From: Candidatus Magasanikiibacteriota bacterium | GTDB taxonomy: Bacteria > Patescibacteriota > Patescibacteriia > Magasanikbacterales > UBA922 | Direction: 5' to 3' | Assembly (NCBI GenBank): GCA_041665025.1 | Contig: JBAYJP010000002.1 | Coordinates: forward strand, 64,691 to 128,690 | Length of the DNA stretch: 64,000 nucleotides | Shown: positions 46,746-55,941 of the stretch, one piece after another | Numbering within the stretch: the stretch's first letter is position 1 | How the letters are laid out: every line of letters begins with the position of its first letter | Notes under the pieces: generated by a model | What the model saw: only the letters and a program-made list of their open reading frames with translations | Database searches by the model: none | Told to the model about the DNA's origin: nothing | Translations under genes and position numbers: made by a program

Positions 46746-47963
46746 TTAAAATCTAAAATCAGATTTTACTTGCAACATCTTCAATAAGAAATCAACCAAA
46801 ATATACGCGCTAAACGTGACAACAAGACCCATAGTTGCCGACGTAAGCATGCTTTTGCCTTTTTCAACTTTTTCGCTATTGCCAAAAGACAACACCCACG
46901 TAAATCCTCCATAGACAAACATAACAAATGCAAATCCTGCAGCACCTCCCATAAATATTTTCCCCGCGTTTATCATAAGTTGAAGCAGATCATTAATATT
47001 TCTGCACTGTCCACTATATGCACAATCCGGCAAGAGTCCTGATGCGTCTTCGGGGACGGGATATTGTTGAGAAATAGATTGTTCAACTGCAACGCTGTCA
47101 ATAGGTTTGCATTCTCCTCCCTCTTTTCCAGTAACAGTGCTCCAAGCACAGGTGTCTTTTAATTTTTCACGTTCACAAATGCTTTTGGGAAATTTTGTAC
47201 ACAAACTACCATCTCTAGCAGACACACAACTTGATTCATTCCAAATACACAATACATTGGAATCACAGTCAGTTTTTTCAAAACCAGAACAAGCTAATTT
47301 GGATATGGTGATTGAAAAATCTTTCAAGCCATATTTTGCTGGTGTACCACTCGTATATGCAAGAAAAGAAAATTTTACTTCTTTTGGCAACGAAACATCA
47401 GATATACTTCCCAAATATTCAGTTGGATTAAAACTAAAAACTATATTCGCAGGATTCCCGCTTGCCTGCAAAGGTCCAGTATAACCCGATATTTTATCAC
47501 AATTGAGACACAAAAGTGTAAAATTATATGAACCACTTTTTGTAGCTTTCACCATAACATTATTTAACATCTCACCAGGCGTGACTTCAGTTGACCCTAC
47601 ATATGTTATTATGGAACTATCTGGAGCTCCACTTAAATTCATGACTGACTGGATACATCTGGGTTCCTGGGTACATCCCACTTCTCTGCCCTTCAAAGGT
47701 GTGTTACATATTCGACCTGGATTTGGAGTATTCGGATCAAGAACCTCGCAAGGTCCTGTATGCATATAATCGGCCCTACACGAACCTTCAGGTTTAGGGC
47801 TACAAGAGACTGCTGTTTCCCCTAAATATCCCGCACAACATCTGCCACTCAAGTCTGCTGCAAAAATAAAATTTGGATTTAACAAATAAATGGATAAACC
47901 CAAAGTAAGAAAAAAAAATATCACTTTTTTTATTTTTGATGCACTTACAAGTAATTTTTTCAT
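46746..47963 (-). CDS. VirB2/TrbC-like 'T4SS-pilin' family protein with large Cys-rich ectodomain (P10)
   Basis: 405 aa: signal peptide, ~330-aa Cys-rich domain, then core 'FVYGGFTWVLSFGNSEKVEKGKSMLTSATMGLVVTFSAYILVDFLLK'. Confidence 0.6.
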   Translation of the reverse strand: MKKLLVSASKIKKVIFFFLTLGLSIYLLNPNFIFAADLSGRCCAGYLGETAVSCSPKPEGSCRADYMHTGPCEVLDPNTPNPGRICNTPLKGREVGCTQEPRCIQSVMNLSGAPDSSIITYVGSTEVTPGEMLNNVMVKATKSGSYNFTLLCLNCDKISGYTGPLQASGNPANIVFSFNPTEYLGSISDVSLPKEVKFSFLAYTSGTPAKYGLKDFSITISKLACSGFEKTDCDSNVLCIWNESSCVSARDGSLCTKFPKSICEREKLKDTCAWSTVTGKEGGECKPIDSVAVEQSISQQYPVPEDASGLLPDCAYSGQCRNINDLLQLMINAGKIFMGGAAGFAFVMFVYGGFTWVLSFGNSEKVEKGKSMLTSATMGLVVTFSAYILVDFLLKMLQVKSDFRF

Positions 47964-47972
47964 ATACCTTTC

Positions 47973-49346
47973 TTACATCGTCTGCTGTACGCGTGCAGCA
48001 GTATTAATAATTAATTTTCTATCTCTGTCAATTGGTTCTTCTCTATCTCCATACGGCTTTAGAAGTTCACTTACCAAAGTCTTCATCGCATCACGCGCAG
48101 TATCTATATCACGGCCCGTATACCAATTTTCTGCATACAACGCTTGGGTCGCAAACGGTTCCATATTTTCATCTTTTTGCTGTTCAGTAATTTGAGTACG
48201 CAAAGGACTCGGCCTAAACATGGCATCGGTATATATCTTCACATTTGCAGGTGATGTAATATAACGCACAAAATCCCACGCTTCGTTTTGGTGCTTTGAC
48301 TTGAGAGCGACTGATTCAACCCAATAATTTGCAACATTGCGCGGGCTGTCTGGATTGAGCTGAAACACCGGCAATATTTTCATATTCATTTGTGGAGCGC
48401 GCGCTTTTATGCGCGGATAGTCGTATGCGTATCCAAAATAAAATACGACTTTACCCCGTACAAATGCGTCTAATGCATTTTCCATTTTTTCATTCCACGA
48501 ATAAACTTTTTTGGTAGGACGGGCAAAGTCAGTATAAAAATCCAACGCGCGAAATGTCGGATGCGTCCTATCTGAAAGGTCAACACCATCGGCAAAACGA
48601 ACATATCCACCCTGTGACATGTCTACTCCGCTTTGAAGCATAAATAATGATAGAATATCGAAACTAGCATCAATATTATTGCCTGTTCCGAGCGCTGCGC
48701 CGGACTGCACAATATCTCCACGTGAATTAAATTTGGTTGTTTTTTCTATAATTTTTACAAATTCATCCCATGTCTTGGGCGCTTCAGAAATTCCTGCGCG
48801 ATCAAGCAAATCTTGATTATAATACACACCCAAAGAATCCATGGCTATAGGCAAGCCATATATTTTGTTATCAAAAACGACATCCTGATACACGGTCTTC
48901 ACATATCCATCTTTTACTTCTTTTACGGAAGGCAGTGGTATGGTATCAATAATAACTTCTTTTTCATCAGTATATTTATTTGTGACAACTATCCGTGCCA
49001 TTTTCACTGATGCGGGCATAGGAGCCAAACGATTTTTTTGTTTCTTAAGCCACTGTACATGCATCGACACGATATCTGGCCCTACGTCATCAGCAAGAGC
49101 AGTCGTAAATAATCGATCAAATTCTTCATAACGCACTTGGCGTATATTAATTTTTACATAGGGACGAGCTTTTTCATATTCAGCAGCCATTTTTTGCAAT
49201 TGGGATACGTCATCAAAGATAGTCCAATATTCAAGCTGGACGCGTTTGAGCGCGGCCTGTTGTTCGGCATTGAGACCCTTACAACCCAAGCCAGTCGTAA
49301 GAAGCAAAATTGTGAGTATAAAAATAGATATTAGCCTCTTGTACAT
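47973..49346 (-). CDS. extracellular solute-binding lipoprotein (ABC transporter SBP, family 1, sugar-type)
   Basis: Lipobox 'LLLTTGLGCKG' and SBP_bac_1-like fold. Inserted inside the pilin array. Confidence 0.65.
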   Translation of the reverse strand: MYKRLISIFILTILLLTTGLGCKGLNAEQQAALKRVQLEYWTIFDDVSQLQKMAAEYEKARPYVKINIRQVRYEEFDRLFTTALADDVGPDIVSMHVQWLKKQKNRLAPMPASVKMARIVVTNKYTDEKEVIIDTIPLPSVKEVKDGYVKTVYQDVVFDNKIYGLPIAMDSLGVYYNQDLLDRAGISEAPKTWDEFVKIIEKTTKFNSRGDIVQSGAALGTGNNIDASFDILSLFMLQSGVDMSQGGYVRFADGVDLSDRTHPTFRALDFYTDFARPTKKVYSWNEKMENALDAFVRGKVVFYFGYAYDYPRIKARAPQMNMKILPVFQLNPDSPRNVANYWVESVALKSKHQNEAWDFVRYITSPANVKIYTDAMFRPSPLRTQITEQQKDENMEPFATQALYAENWYTGRDIDTARDAMKTLVSELLKPYGDREEPIDRDRKLIINTAARVQQTM

Positions 49347-49349
49347 AAT

Positions 49350-49470
49350 TTATTTTAAAAACAATTATTCTAATTAACCTAATTGTTCTAATTATTCTAA
49401 AAATAACTGGCTCTACTTCCCTATTAACTACCTTTTTTTAGATTCAACAATATTTTAGAATAATTAGTAC
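49350..49470. repeat. family-3 heptamer inverted repeat pair
   Basis: 'aattattctaattaacctaattgttctaattattctaaaaa ... ttttagaataattagtacaattaaaataatt'. Confidence 0.8.
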
Positions 49471-49552
49471 AATTAAAATAATTTGGGAACAACAAACTGA
49501 AAACAAATTTCATTATAAAATACACCTTAATTCTTTGCGGTTGATATCCGTA

Positions 49553-50410
49553 CTATCTAAAAGCTTCAAACACAATATCTACCACTGCATAACTTGCAAA
49601 TATAAGCACAATGCCAAGCGAGGACCAAATAAATATTTGCATTGCCTTAGCACCTTTTTCTGCGTTACCACCCGCAGTCATCCAGAGCACACCGCCATAT
49701 ACAATCATAGCTAGTGCAATAGATCCCATGATGCCCATTGCGGCTTTGATAACTCTGCCTATGAGTTCTGGCAAATAAATATCTCCTAATGTATTGAGAA
49801 CCGAGACATCGGGGATAATAAGACCAGCTTCCTCCTCACCCTGTGTAGGTGTTGTAGGTACGGCTGTCGAAGAATCATATTTATCTGCTTTAGGCATGCA
49901 TGACACAAGCAAATTTACTACGGGCGAACCGACAAAACTCTGCCTAATATTAAAATTACAATCTGACAGTACGCGCGCCTCTGAAAAAGCTGGTGGTAAA
50001 GTTATATCACTTGATATTTTTCCATTTAGTATCTGAGATAAGGTAAATTGGTAACGAACCTGAACTGAAGTCGCAGCATCTACTCTGAATCCTTCTCCAT
50101 CTACCTGTAATCGACATGCACAAGAATTATCCGAATCACTACCTATAATCGCAAGGCCATCTGAAACAGTTACCATATTAGGAGTCTGGCCAACTTTGAG
50201 ACAAATACCCTGATGACACCTTCTCCCTCCCGGACATGGAGCGCCCGGATCACACAGTGCTGTTTCACAGTTCATGTCGTCTGTGCATATTTCGTCACTG
50301 CCGCAGTCATTATCGTTTATACAATCTGCCTTGGCCTCTGCAGGAAAAAAATTAAGCACGGTCTGAAACATGATAAGAAGTACCACAAAAATATATTTCT
50401 TATACCTCAT
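49553..50410 (-). CDS. VirB2/TrbC-like 'T4SS-pilin' family protein with Cys-rich N-domain (P11)
   Basis: Signal peptide, Cys-rich N-domain (CINDNDCGSDEICTDDMNCETALC..), core 'MIVYGGVLWMTAGGNAEKGAKAMQIFIWSSLGIVLIFASYAVVDIV'. Confidence 0.65.
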   Translation of the reverse strand: MRYKKYIFVVLLIMFQTVLNFFPAEAKADCINDNDCGSDEICTDDMNCETALCDPGAPCPGGRRCHQGICLKVGQTPNMVTVSDGLAIIGSDSDNSCACRLQVDGEGFRVDAATSVQVRYQFTLSQILNGKISSDITLPPAFSEARVLSDCNFNIRQSFVGSPVVNLLVSCMPKADKYDSSTAVPTTPTQGEEEAGLIIPDVSVLNTLGDIYLPELIGRVIKAAMGIMGSIALAMIVYGGVLWMTAGGNAEKGAKAMQIFIWSSLGIVLIFASYAVVDIVFEAFR

Positions 50411-50429
50411 ATGTCCTGAAAGAAAAAAT

Positions 50430-51281
50430 TTATTTTTTTGAAAAATATAATGCTGTCTTCAACAAACTCTCGGGGGTCCCTGTATCAAAATACTTGCCCT
50501 CATATTCATACGCATACATTGTTTCATTGTGCGCCATCGCGTTCACGGCATCAGCCACCCATATCTCTCCGGCTCTACTCTTTTTTGTTTTTTCCAAATA
50601 AGACCAAATCTTTGGAGTAAAGATGTAGCGCATACCACCCACAATAAAACCTTCGGGTGAAACCTCTTCTATGGAGGGTTTTTCCTTAATGCAGTCTACT
50701 TCAAAAGCATACTTTGATAATTTTGAATTTTGAATTTTGAATTTTGAATTCTTTGTATAAACATTTCCATACTTCGTCATCGCTTGTTTATCTTTCAACC
50801 GCTGTACCCCAATAACTGGCACGCCTGTCGCTTCGAAAACCTCTTTTACTTGTTTTACCGCAGGAATTTTTGAATCGATAATGCTATCACCATCTGAAAA
50901 TGCAAATGGTCTATTGCCACAAAGTTTTTTGGCGCACAACAATGCATGGCCATTACCAAGCGGTTTGTTTTGATACGTATAAAAAAATCTTACCTTTTTT
51001 GTAAGATCAATAAGAGACTGTATGCGATCAAGCTTATTTTGTTTTTTGAGTGTGGCTTCTAATTTTTTATCACGCGTGAAATGATCTTTTATTGCTTGCT
51101 TTGTCGGACTCGTAACCAATATGATATCTCGTATACCGCTCTGCGCCATCTCTTCTACAATATACTGAATAACCGGCTTATCAAGCACAGGCAACATCTC
51201 TTTTGGTACAGCTTTTGTCGCCGGCAAAAAACGGGTTCCAAGCCCTGCGACTGTGATGACTCCCGTACGGACGCTTTGCAT
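50430..51281 (-). CDS. galU: UTP--glucose-1-phosphate uridylyltransferase-like sugar nucleotidyltransferase
   Basis: 'GVITVAGLGTRFLPATKAVPKEMLPVLDKPVIQYIVEE'. Contains an in-frame (ttttgaa)x4 microsatellite at 50712-50750. Confidence 0.75.
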   Translation of the reverse strand: MQSVRTGVITVAGLGTRFLPATKAVPKEMLPVLDKPVIQYIVEEMAQSGIRDIILVTSPTKQAIKDHFTRDKKLEATLKKQNKLDRIQSLIDLTKKVRFFYTYQNKPLGNGHALLCAKKLCGNRPFAFSDGDSIIDSKIPAVKQVKEVFEATGVPVIGVQRLKDKQAMTKYGNVYTKNSKFKIQNSKLSKYAFEVDCIKEKPSIEEVSPEGFIVGGMRYIFTPKIWSYLEKTKKSRAGEIWVADAVNAMAHNETMYAYEYEGKYFDTGTPESLLKTALYFSKK

Positions 51282-51410
51282 ATATTCTATGATTTTAATA
51301 CATCAGCAGTATAACAAATATTTTATGTTTATGCTACATTTTTGGGGCGATAGGTTAAGAAACCAGACTCCGGAAAATAATCTCCGGTTTCCTAGCCTAT
51401 CGCCCATCAC

Positions 51411-52793
51411 TCACTCAATTTCTTCCCAAGAAATTAACTCATACATCGTCCCTACGGGGAAACCAGGTGGTGGATAATATTTCAAATTGCCATCATACAC
51501 ATGATTGGTGTCGTGAAAACCAGAAATCACATTACCCCACCCGTTCACGTATTTCCATCCTCCTCCTTCATACGAAATTTGGGACCCAAAAAAAGTTAGA
51601 GAATCTTTGAGCCCATTGAGGTTTTCATCTGGATCATAGTACGGAGTATATATTGAACCAAACTGAGATAAGGCCGCGGCATTCACTTCCATTGTCCGCG
51701 AAGCCTCGTAAGGAACCACGATATCTCCCTGGGCCATGAGCCCGACAACGTCATCGCCGCCTTTTTCCGCATACGTTAAATTATTATTTATATACAATGT
51801 TTTGTATGGTTCTTGTACAGGAAACTTTCCCACGCCAATAGTGACACGCCCATTTACCGTTCCTTGAACCCATACATTATCTTCAAAAAACATGGCTCCA
51901 TTTGAGGGGATAGCCAGTCTCTCAAAAAATTGGCGATTCCCTACATCAAAACAATACGTATTTCCATCCCAATACCATCCTCCCCATCTCCTGCGCCATC
52001 TACCCTCGCCCTTATAGCAATCGCGGCTTGTCACTTTGTATAGATCAAATTGATTGCCGTCAAAAATTATTTGCCAACCCTCTGTACCAGATGATCCGCG
52101 ACGGATTCCTCCATTGTTTGATGCAGTGCGTATGTCATCGAGATCTCCAGTAACTGAATAAAAGTCAATGATAGGAACAGGAAAATCCCAAAAGGTCTTT
52201 GGTCCTCCACCACCCTGGATATCTCCATGTGCCCTCACCCACGAATCTGTTGTCCCATCAAAACGAATATTTCCATTTGAATGAACGATGCCATGAACCA
52301 CGGTCGTAAAACTAAAACTCATATCTGCATTTTCCAAAAATGCATAATCAGTCATAGCAGGAAATCCCACTCGTACCTGCAGTGTCCGTGAGGCATTGGG
52401 TTCCTGTACAGTCCAACCAGTTGAACGCACTGTGACAACAGAACTCCCGGCAAGTGGTTCATCAATATCTAAAGAAAAATATCCTACCAGATTTCCGTCT
52501 TTGTCATGATATTCATGTACATAAGGGCCAGGCTGGCCAGTGCCATCCGTATATTCATCATTATCATGCGCCAAATGCCAACGATAATAATTCACACCGG
52601 CTTCGGCAATATGCAAAGCCATATCACGCCGATAAAGTTTCGTTGATGCGCGATGTTCAAATAATGCATAGCCAGACACGCCCAAAATAATAATCGTGAA
52701 TGCGATAGAACCGAAAATCATCGCGAAGATGAGCATTGAACCACGGGCGTATTTTCTGTGTAGTTTTGCAGTAATATACTTATTTTTTTTCAT
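51411..52793 (-). CDS. type IV pilus minor-pilin/PilX-like protein (large pseudopilin)
   Basis: Basic leader then hydrophobic helix 'GSMLIFAMIFGSIAFTIIILGVSGYAL...ALHIAEAGVNY', typical of PilX N-terminus. Large beta-rich ectodomain. Start trimmed to MKKNKY. Confidence 0.45.
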   Translation of the reverse strand: MKKNKYITAKLHRKYARGSMLIFAMIFGSIAFTIIILGVSGYALFEHRASTKLYRRDMALHIAEAGVNYYRWHLAHDNDEYTDGTGQPGPYVHEYHDKDGNLVGYFSLDIDEPLAGSSVVTVRSTGWTVQEPNASRTLQVRVGFPAMTDYAFLENADMSFSFTTVVHGIVHSNGNIRFDGTTDSWVRAHGDIQGGGGPKTFWDFPVPIIDFYSVTGDLDDIRTASNNGGIRRGSSGTEGWQIIFDGNQFDLYKVTSRDCYKGEGRWRRRWGGWYWDGNTYCFDVGNRQFFERLAIPSNGAMFFEDNVWVQGTVNGRVTIGVGKFPVQEPYKTLYINNNLTYAEKGGDDVVGLMAQGDIVVPYEASRTMEVNAAALSQFGSIYTPYYDPDENLNGLKDSLTFFGSQISYEGGGWKYVNGWGNVISGFHDTNHVYDGNLKYYPPPGFPVGTMYELISWEEIE

Positions 52794-52837
52794 AACAATA
52801 TTTATTGGTATTGGGTTAGGAAACCAGAAACCTTGCG

Positions 52838-53455
52838 TCAATTTGTCTTTAGATTGCGTACCTGGACCATACTCTCCACATGCAGAGGAACTGGAGTCGC
52901 AGTTGGATCTTTTTCGAGCTCAAGCTGAACTTTGATAAGATGGACATGGGTTACATCAACCGGTTGAGGCAAAGAATTCTCAATCCCTGTGTATGATTCA
53001 TTAAAGTAGGTGAAAATAGGTATTCCTTGCACTTGATTTTTTACATTGTGAGCCAGCTCAATTACTGTCTCGACTCCAGAATATGACAATGGACTACCTG
53101 ATGGCTTTATGACTCCTTGTTTTAGAGTCGTTCCATCAAGCCAAAAGCGTACACGTTCGCGAAAACTATCTTCATCAATATTTGCATAAAAAATTAACTC
53201 ATTCGCACCAGCTATCACAATAGGATATGAACCTATACTCGATTCTTCTGCTTTGCGTGCCTCATTTACCACCTGAAACATCACTTTTCTTCCTTCACTC
53301 TGAGTAGTGAGCTGTTCCCACATGACATCATTTGATCGTAAACTGGTAATCAAAAGCCATACAGCGCCAGTCGTAATAATCGAAAAAATACCAATCACTA
53401 CAGCGAGTTCAAGCAGTGTTGTACCCTGATTATCATGTTTTACTTTAGATAACAT
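52838..53455 (-). CDS. type IV pilin-like protein (class III signal peptide)
   Basis: Prepilin motif 'NQG|TTLLELAVVIGIFSII' with Glu at +5; 4-nt overlap with the upstream gene. Confidence 0.65.
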   Translation of the reverse strand: MLSKVKHDNQGTTLLELAVVIGIFSIITTGAVWLLITSLRSNDVMWEQLTTQSEGRKVMFQVVNEARKAEESSIGSYPIVIAGANELIFYANIDEDSFRERVRFWLDGTTLKQGVIKPSGSPLSYSGVETVIELAHNVKNQVQGIPIFTYFNESYTGIENSLPQPVDVTHVHLIKVQLELEKDPTATPVPLHVESMVQVRNLKTN

Positions 53456-53456
53456 A

Positions 53457-53486
53457 CTGATACGTGATATGTGATACGTGTTATAT
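53457..53486. repeat. ACGTG-family heptamer array (R7, half site)
   Basis: 'ctgatacgtgatatgtgatacgtgttatat' between two prepilin-like genes. Confidence 0.75.
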
Positions 53487-55262
53487 CGCCACCAAATCTA
53501 CAATAACAACTTGATCTCCATCCACAGGCACAGTGGTCGTAAATGTTTGATACCCTTCGTGTGTAATTTCTACCGTATACTCTCCCTCTAGAAGATTTCC
53601 AAAATATGACTGTCCGGGAGGAGTACATTCATTTGTATATACAATAGAAACATCGGACAATGTTGGTGTCACGGTCGCATCATCTGTGTGCAAATATACT
53701 TTATAACGCACATATTGATTCCCTTCGTGTATCTCGTGAATCGTTTGGCTATCTTGCGTATAAAATGTGGATGCTGTTCCGTCTGGACCCACATACTCCC
53801 ATGTTTCAGATGTGCTCGATGCACTACTCGCTATTTGAAATCTAAGTCCATCTACACCTACTTCTGGTGTCTGACCCAATGGATTCCATTCCAATGTTAC
53901 GTAATGCGCCTGCGTACCCACATCAATGACAGAAGATTCAAGAACCCCATTACTTATATAGTTTTCTCCAATTTTTCTCAATACTACATCTCCTGCAGTT
54001 TCACTCACATCCACATTATTGTCATCTGACCAATATCTGGTATTGTCCAAAAAATCGAGCTGTCCTGCACCGCCAGACCAATCGGTTTGGGCAATGCTCC
54101 CTACTCCTGTTGATTTGGTGACATCATATACATCAAAACTCGCACGCACCTGTGCATTGGCAACAGGTAAACCATCATCATTGACCATTACCAAAAGAGA
54201 ACGCAAGGTATTTGGTGCAATGACTAGCTGAACAGGTTGAGTAACTCCGGGATTAAGTGCAAATGGAACATCGGGAATAGTGCCAACGAGATCATATCCA
54301 GACACAGAAAATCCATAACTATCCCATTGTAATGACGAAAATGAATAAGCGCCCGATCCATTTGTTGTATACGTGCCATCCACTTGATAAATATCTGGAT
54401 TTGTCCCCATGAGATGAGTCCCACGCACAGCAAATGACACAGATGATATGGGCTGACACTGAGTATTTACCGCCTCAATATCTATGTGCGATATATAATC
54501 AATAGAAAAACTAATTTCAGTGACATCTTGAGCTTGTACTGAAGCGGGAGGTTTTGTAGGGTGAGGATTGATATCCGATGGCAAGGTAGTTCCATCGATA
54601 GTAAAACCCGGTTTGGTGACGGTAATGGTATATGCATCTGTCCCTTCTGCCACATCAACAATACGCAACATTCCGTCGTTATCTGTAACATCTTCAAAAT
54701 CATATGTGGGAGTTGTAGATGTAGAAACAATATGCACAGTGGCTCCGACAACTGGCTGAGCTTGTGCGTCAAATACCTCTATGTATAATGCACCATGCGT
54801 TGGGTCGCCTTCCAACAATTTTGGCGCGACATATGTCTGTACGGTGAGCGGTTGATTTTGTCCGCATTGTGTACATACAATAGCAATATCAACTAGTTTA
54901 TAATCCGCAGGAGCCGTGTCATTTGGCGTACCGCCAATAACTCCGTCAAAGGGATCATCAATATTGCGAATAGTACGTGTTATCAAAAAATCAATACCAT
55001 TACGTGTCATCGTCACATTTCTTTGTAATAAACCGGATGGACTTCCATTTACAATACCCACATCATAAAAAGATAGGTTACGAACAAGCTCAATTTGTTC
55101 ATTAAGCACAGCTGTCTCAATAATTCTCACGCGTGACTGATATATAATTTTGAAAATAAGCTGTATGCCGCCATACACCCCCATCGCAAACATTACAAAA
55201 ATAGCAATGGCGATGACGGCCTCTAATAATGAGAAAGCTTTTTTGTTTAAACAAATGGACAT
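53481..55262 (-). CDS. large type IV pilin-like protein (prepilin N-terminus plus ~550-aa beta-rich ectodomain)
   Basis: 'KKA|FSLLEAVIAIAIFVMF' class-III signal (Glu+5), then long Thr/Val/Gly-rich Ig/carboxypeptidase-regulatory-like repeats. Start trimmed to MSICLNKK. Confidence 0.6.
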   Translation of the reverse strand: MSICLNKKAFSLLEAVIAIAIFVMFAMGVYGGIQLIFKIIYQSRVRIIETAVLNEQIELVRNLSFYDVGIVNGSPSGLLQRNVTMTRNGIDFLITRTIRNIDDPFDGVIGGTPNDTAPADYKLVDIAIVCTQCGQNQPLTVQTYVAPKLLEGDPTHGALYIEVFDAQAQPVVGATVHIVSTSTTPTYDFEDVTDNDGMLRIVDVAEGTDAYTITVTKPGFTIDGTTLPSDINPHPTKPPASVQAQDVTEISFSIDYISHIDIEAVNTQCQPISSVSFAVRGTHLMGTNPDIYQVDGTYTTNGSGAYSFSSLQWDSYGFSVSGYDLVGTIPDVPFALNPGVTQPVQLVIAPNTLRSLLVMVNDDGLPVANAQVRASFDVYDVTKSTGVGSIAQTDWSGGAGQLDFLDNTRYWSDDNNVDVSETAGDVVLRKIGENYISNGVLESSVIDVGTQAHYVTLEWNPLGQTPEVGVDGLRFQIASSASSTSETWEYVGPDGTASTFYTQDSQTIHEIHEGNQYVRYKVYLHTDDATVTPTLSDVSIVYTNECTPPGQSYFGNLLEGEYTVEITHEGYQTFTTTVPVDGDQVVIVDLVAI

Positions 55263-55297
55263 GTGACAGGCTATTTTATTGCACCTACTAATGTAAC

Positions 55298-55372
55298 TAA
55301 ATTCACCTAATAAAATTCCAAATAACAAAAATTTTAATTTGACTTTTTGATTTTTTATTAGGTGAATTCTAC
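55298..55372. repeat. 16-bp perfect inverted repeat hairpin ('aattcacctaataaaa'/'ttttattaggtgaatt')
   Basis: Arms enclose a ~40-nt loop. Shares the 'taggtgaattc' word with the family-3 element at 44640. Confidence 0.7.
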
Positions 55373-55385
55373 AATAAAAAAATTA

Positions 55386-55859
55386 TCATTCACCAAGCTC
55401 GGTAATTATTCTCTCTACCAATTCCTTAGATTTTGCTCTCAATTCTGCATCGCTCAACCCCGCTCCTCCACCTTTCCGTATTTCTTCTACCTGTGTATTA
55501 ATTAATTCTTCTTTCATTTTCAAAAGTTCATCTTTGTGTACAATAATTTTTTTCTTCAATGTTTCAATTTGTTTTTTATCTTGCTCGACCGAAGATACTG
55601 ATCCGTCTGTTTGTAGTTGGAGCTGTTGTCGAAGAGCCTGAATCGCAACCAAAACCTGTTGCATGTGCAACATAATATTTTGAACTTGCTGTTTTCCGCT
55701 TTTGACTTCTTTTACCAAAAAATCAGCTCGCTCCATGGTCGCGGCGGCCTGCGCTTCCGGATCCATTTCTTTTTCTTTTGATTCGCGAACTTCTACCGCG
55801 CGCTCCTGAGCTTCACGTGAACGGCGACGGATTTCAGATTGTTCAACTTCGAGAGACAT
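55386..55859 (-). CDS. hypothetical coiled-coil protein
   Basis: About 157 aa charged helical protein. Start trimmed to MSLEVEQ because the ORF-track prefix MLRDMCYVF is repeat read-through. Confidence 0.4.
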   Translation of the reverse strand: MSLEVEQSEIRRRSREAQERAVEVRESKEKEMDPEAQAAATMERADFLVKEVKSGKQQVQNIMLHMQQVLVAIQALRQQLQLQTDGSVSSVEQDKKQIETLKKKIIVHKDELLKMKEELINTQVEEIRKGGGAGLSDAELRAKSKELVERIITELGE

Positions 55860-55860
55860 A

Positions 55861-55912
55861 AACACGTAACACATATCACGTAACACATATCAATTGTTTT
55901 GTGTTACGTATG
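55861..55912. repeat. ACGTG-family heptamer palindrome (R8)
   Basis: 'aacacgtaacacatatcacgtaacacatatcaattgttttgtgttacgtatg'. Confidence 0.8.
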
Positions 55913-55941
55913 TTTTTTATTATGTAACAAGTATACCATTT

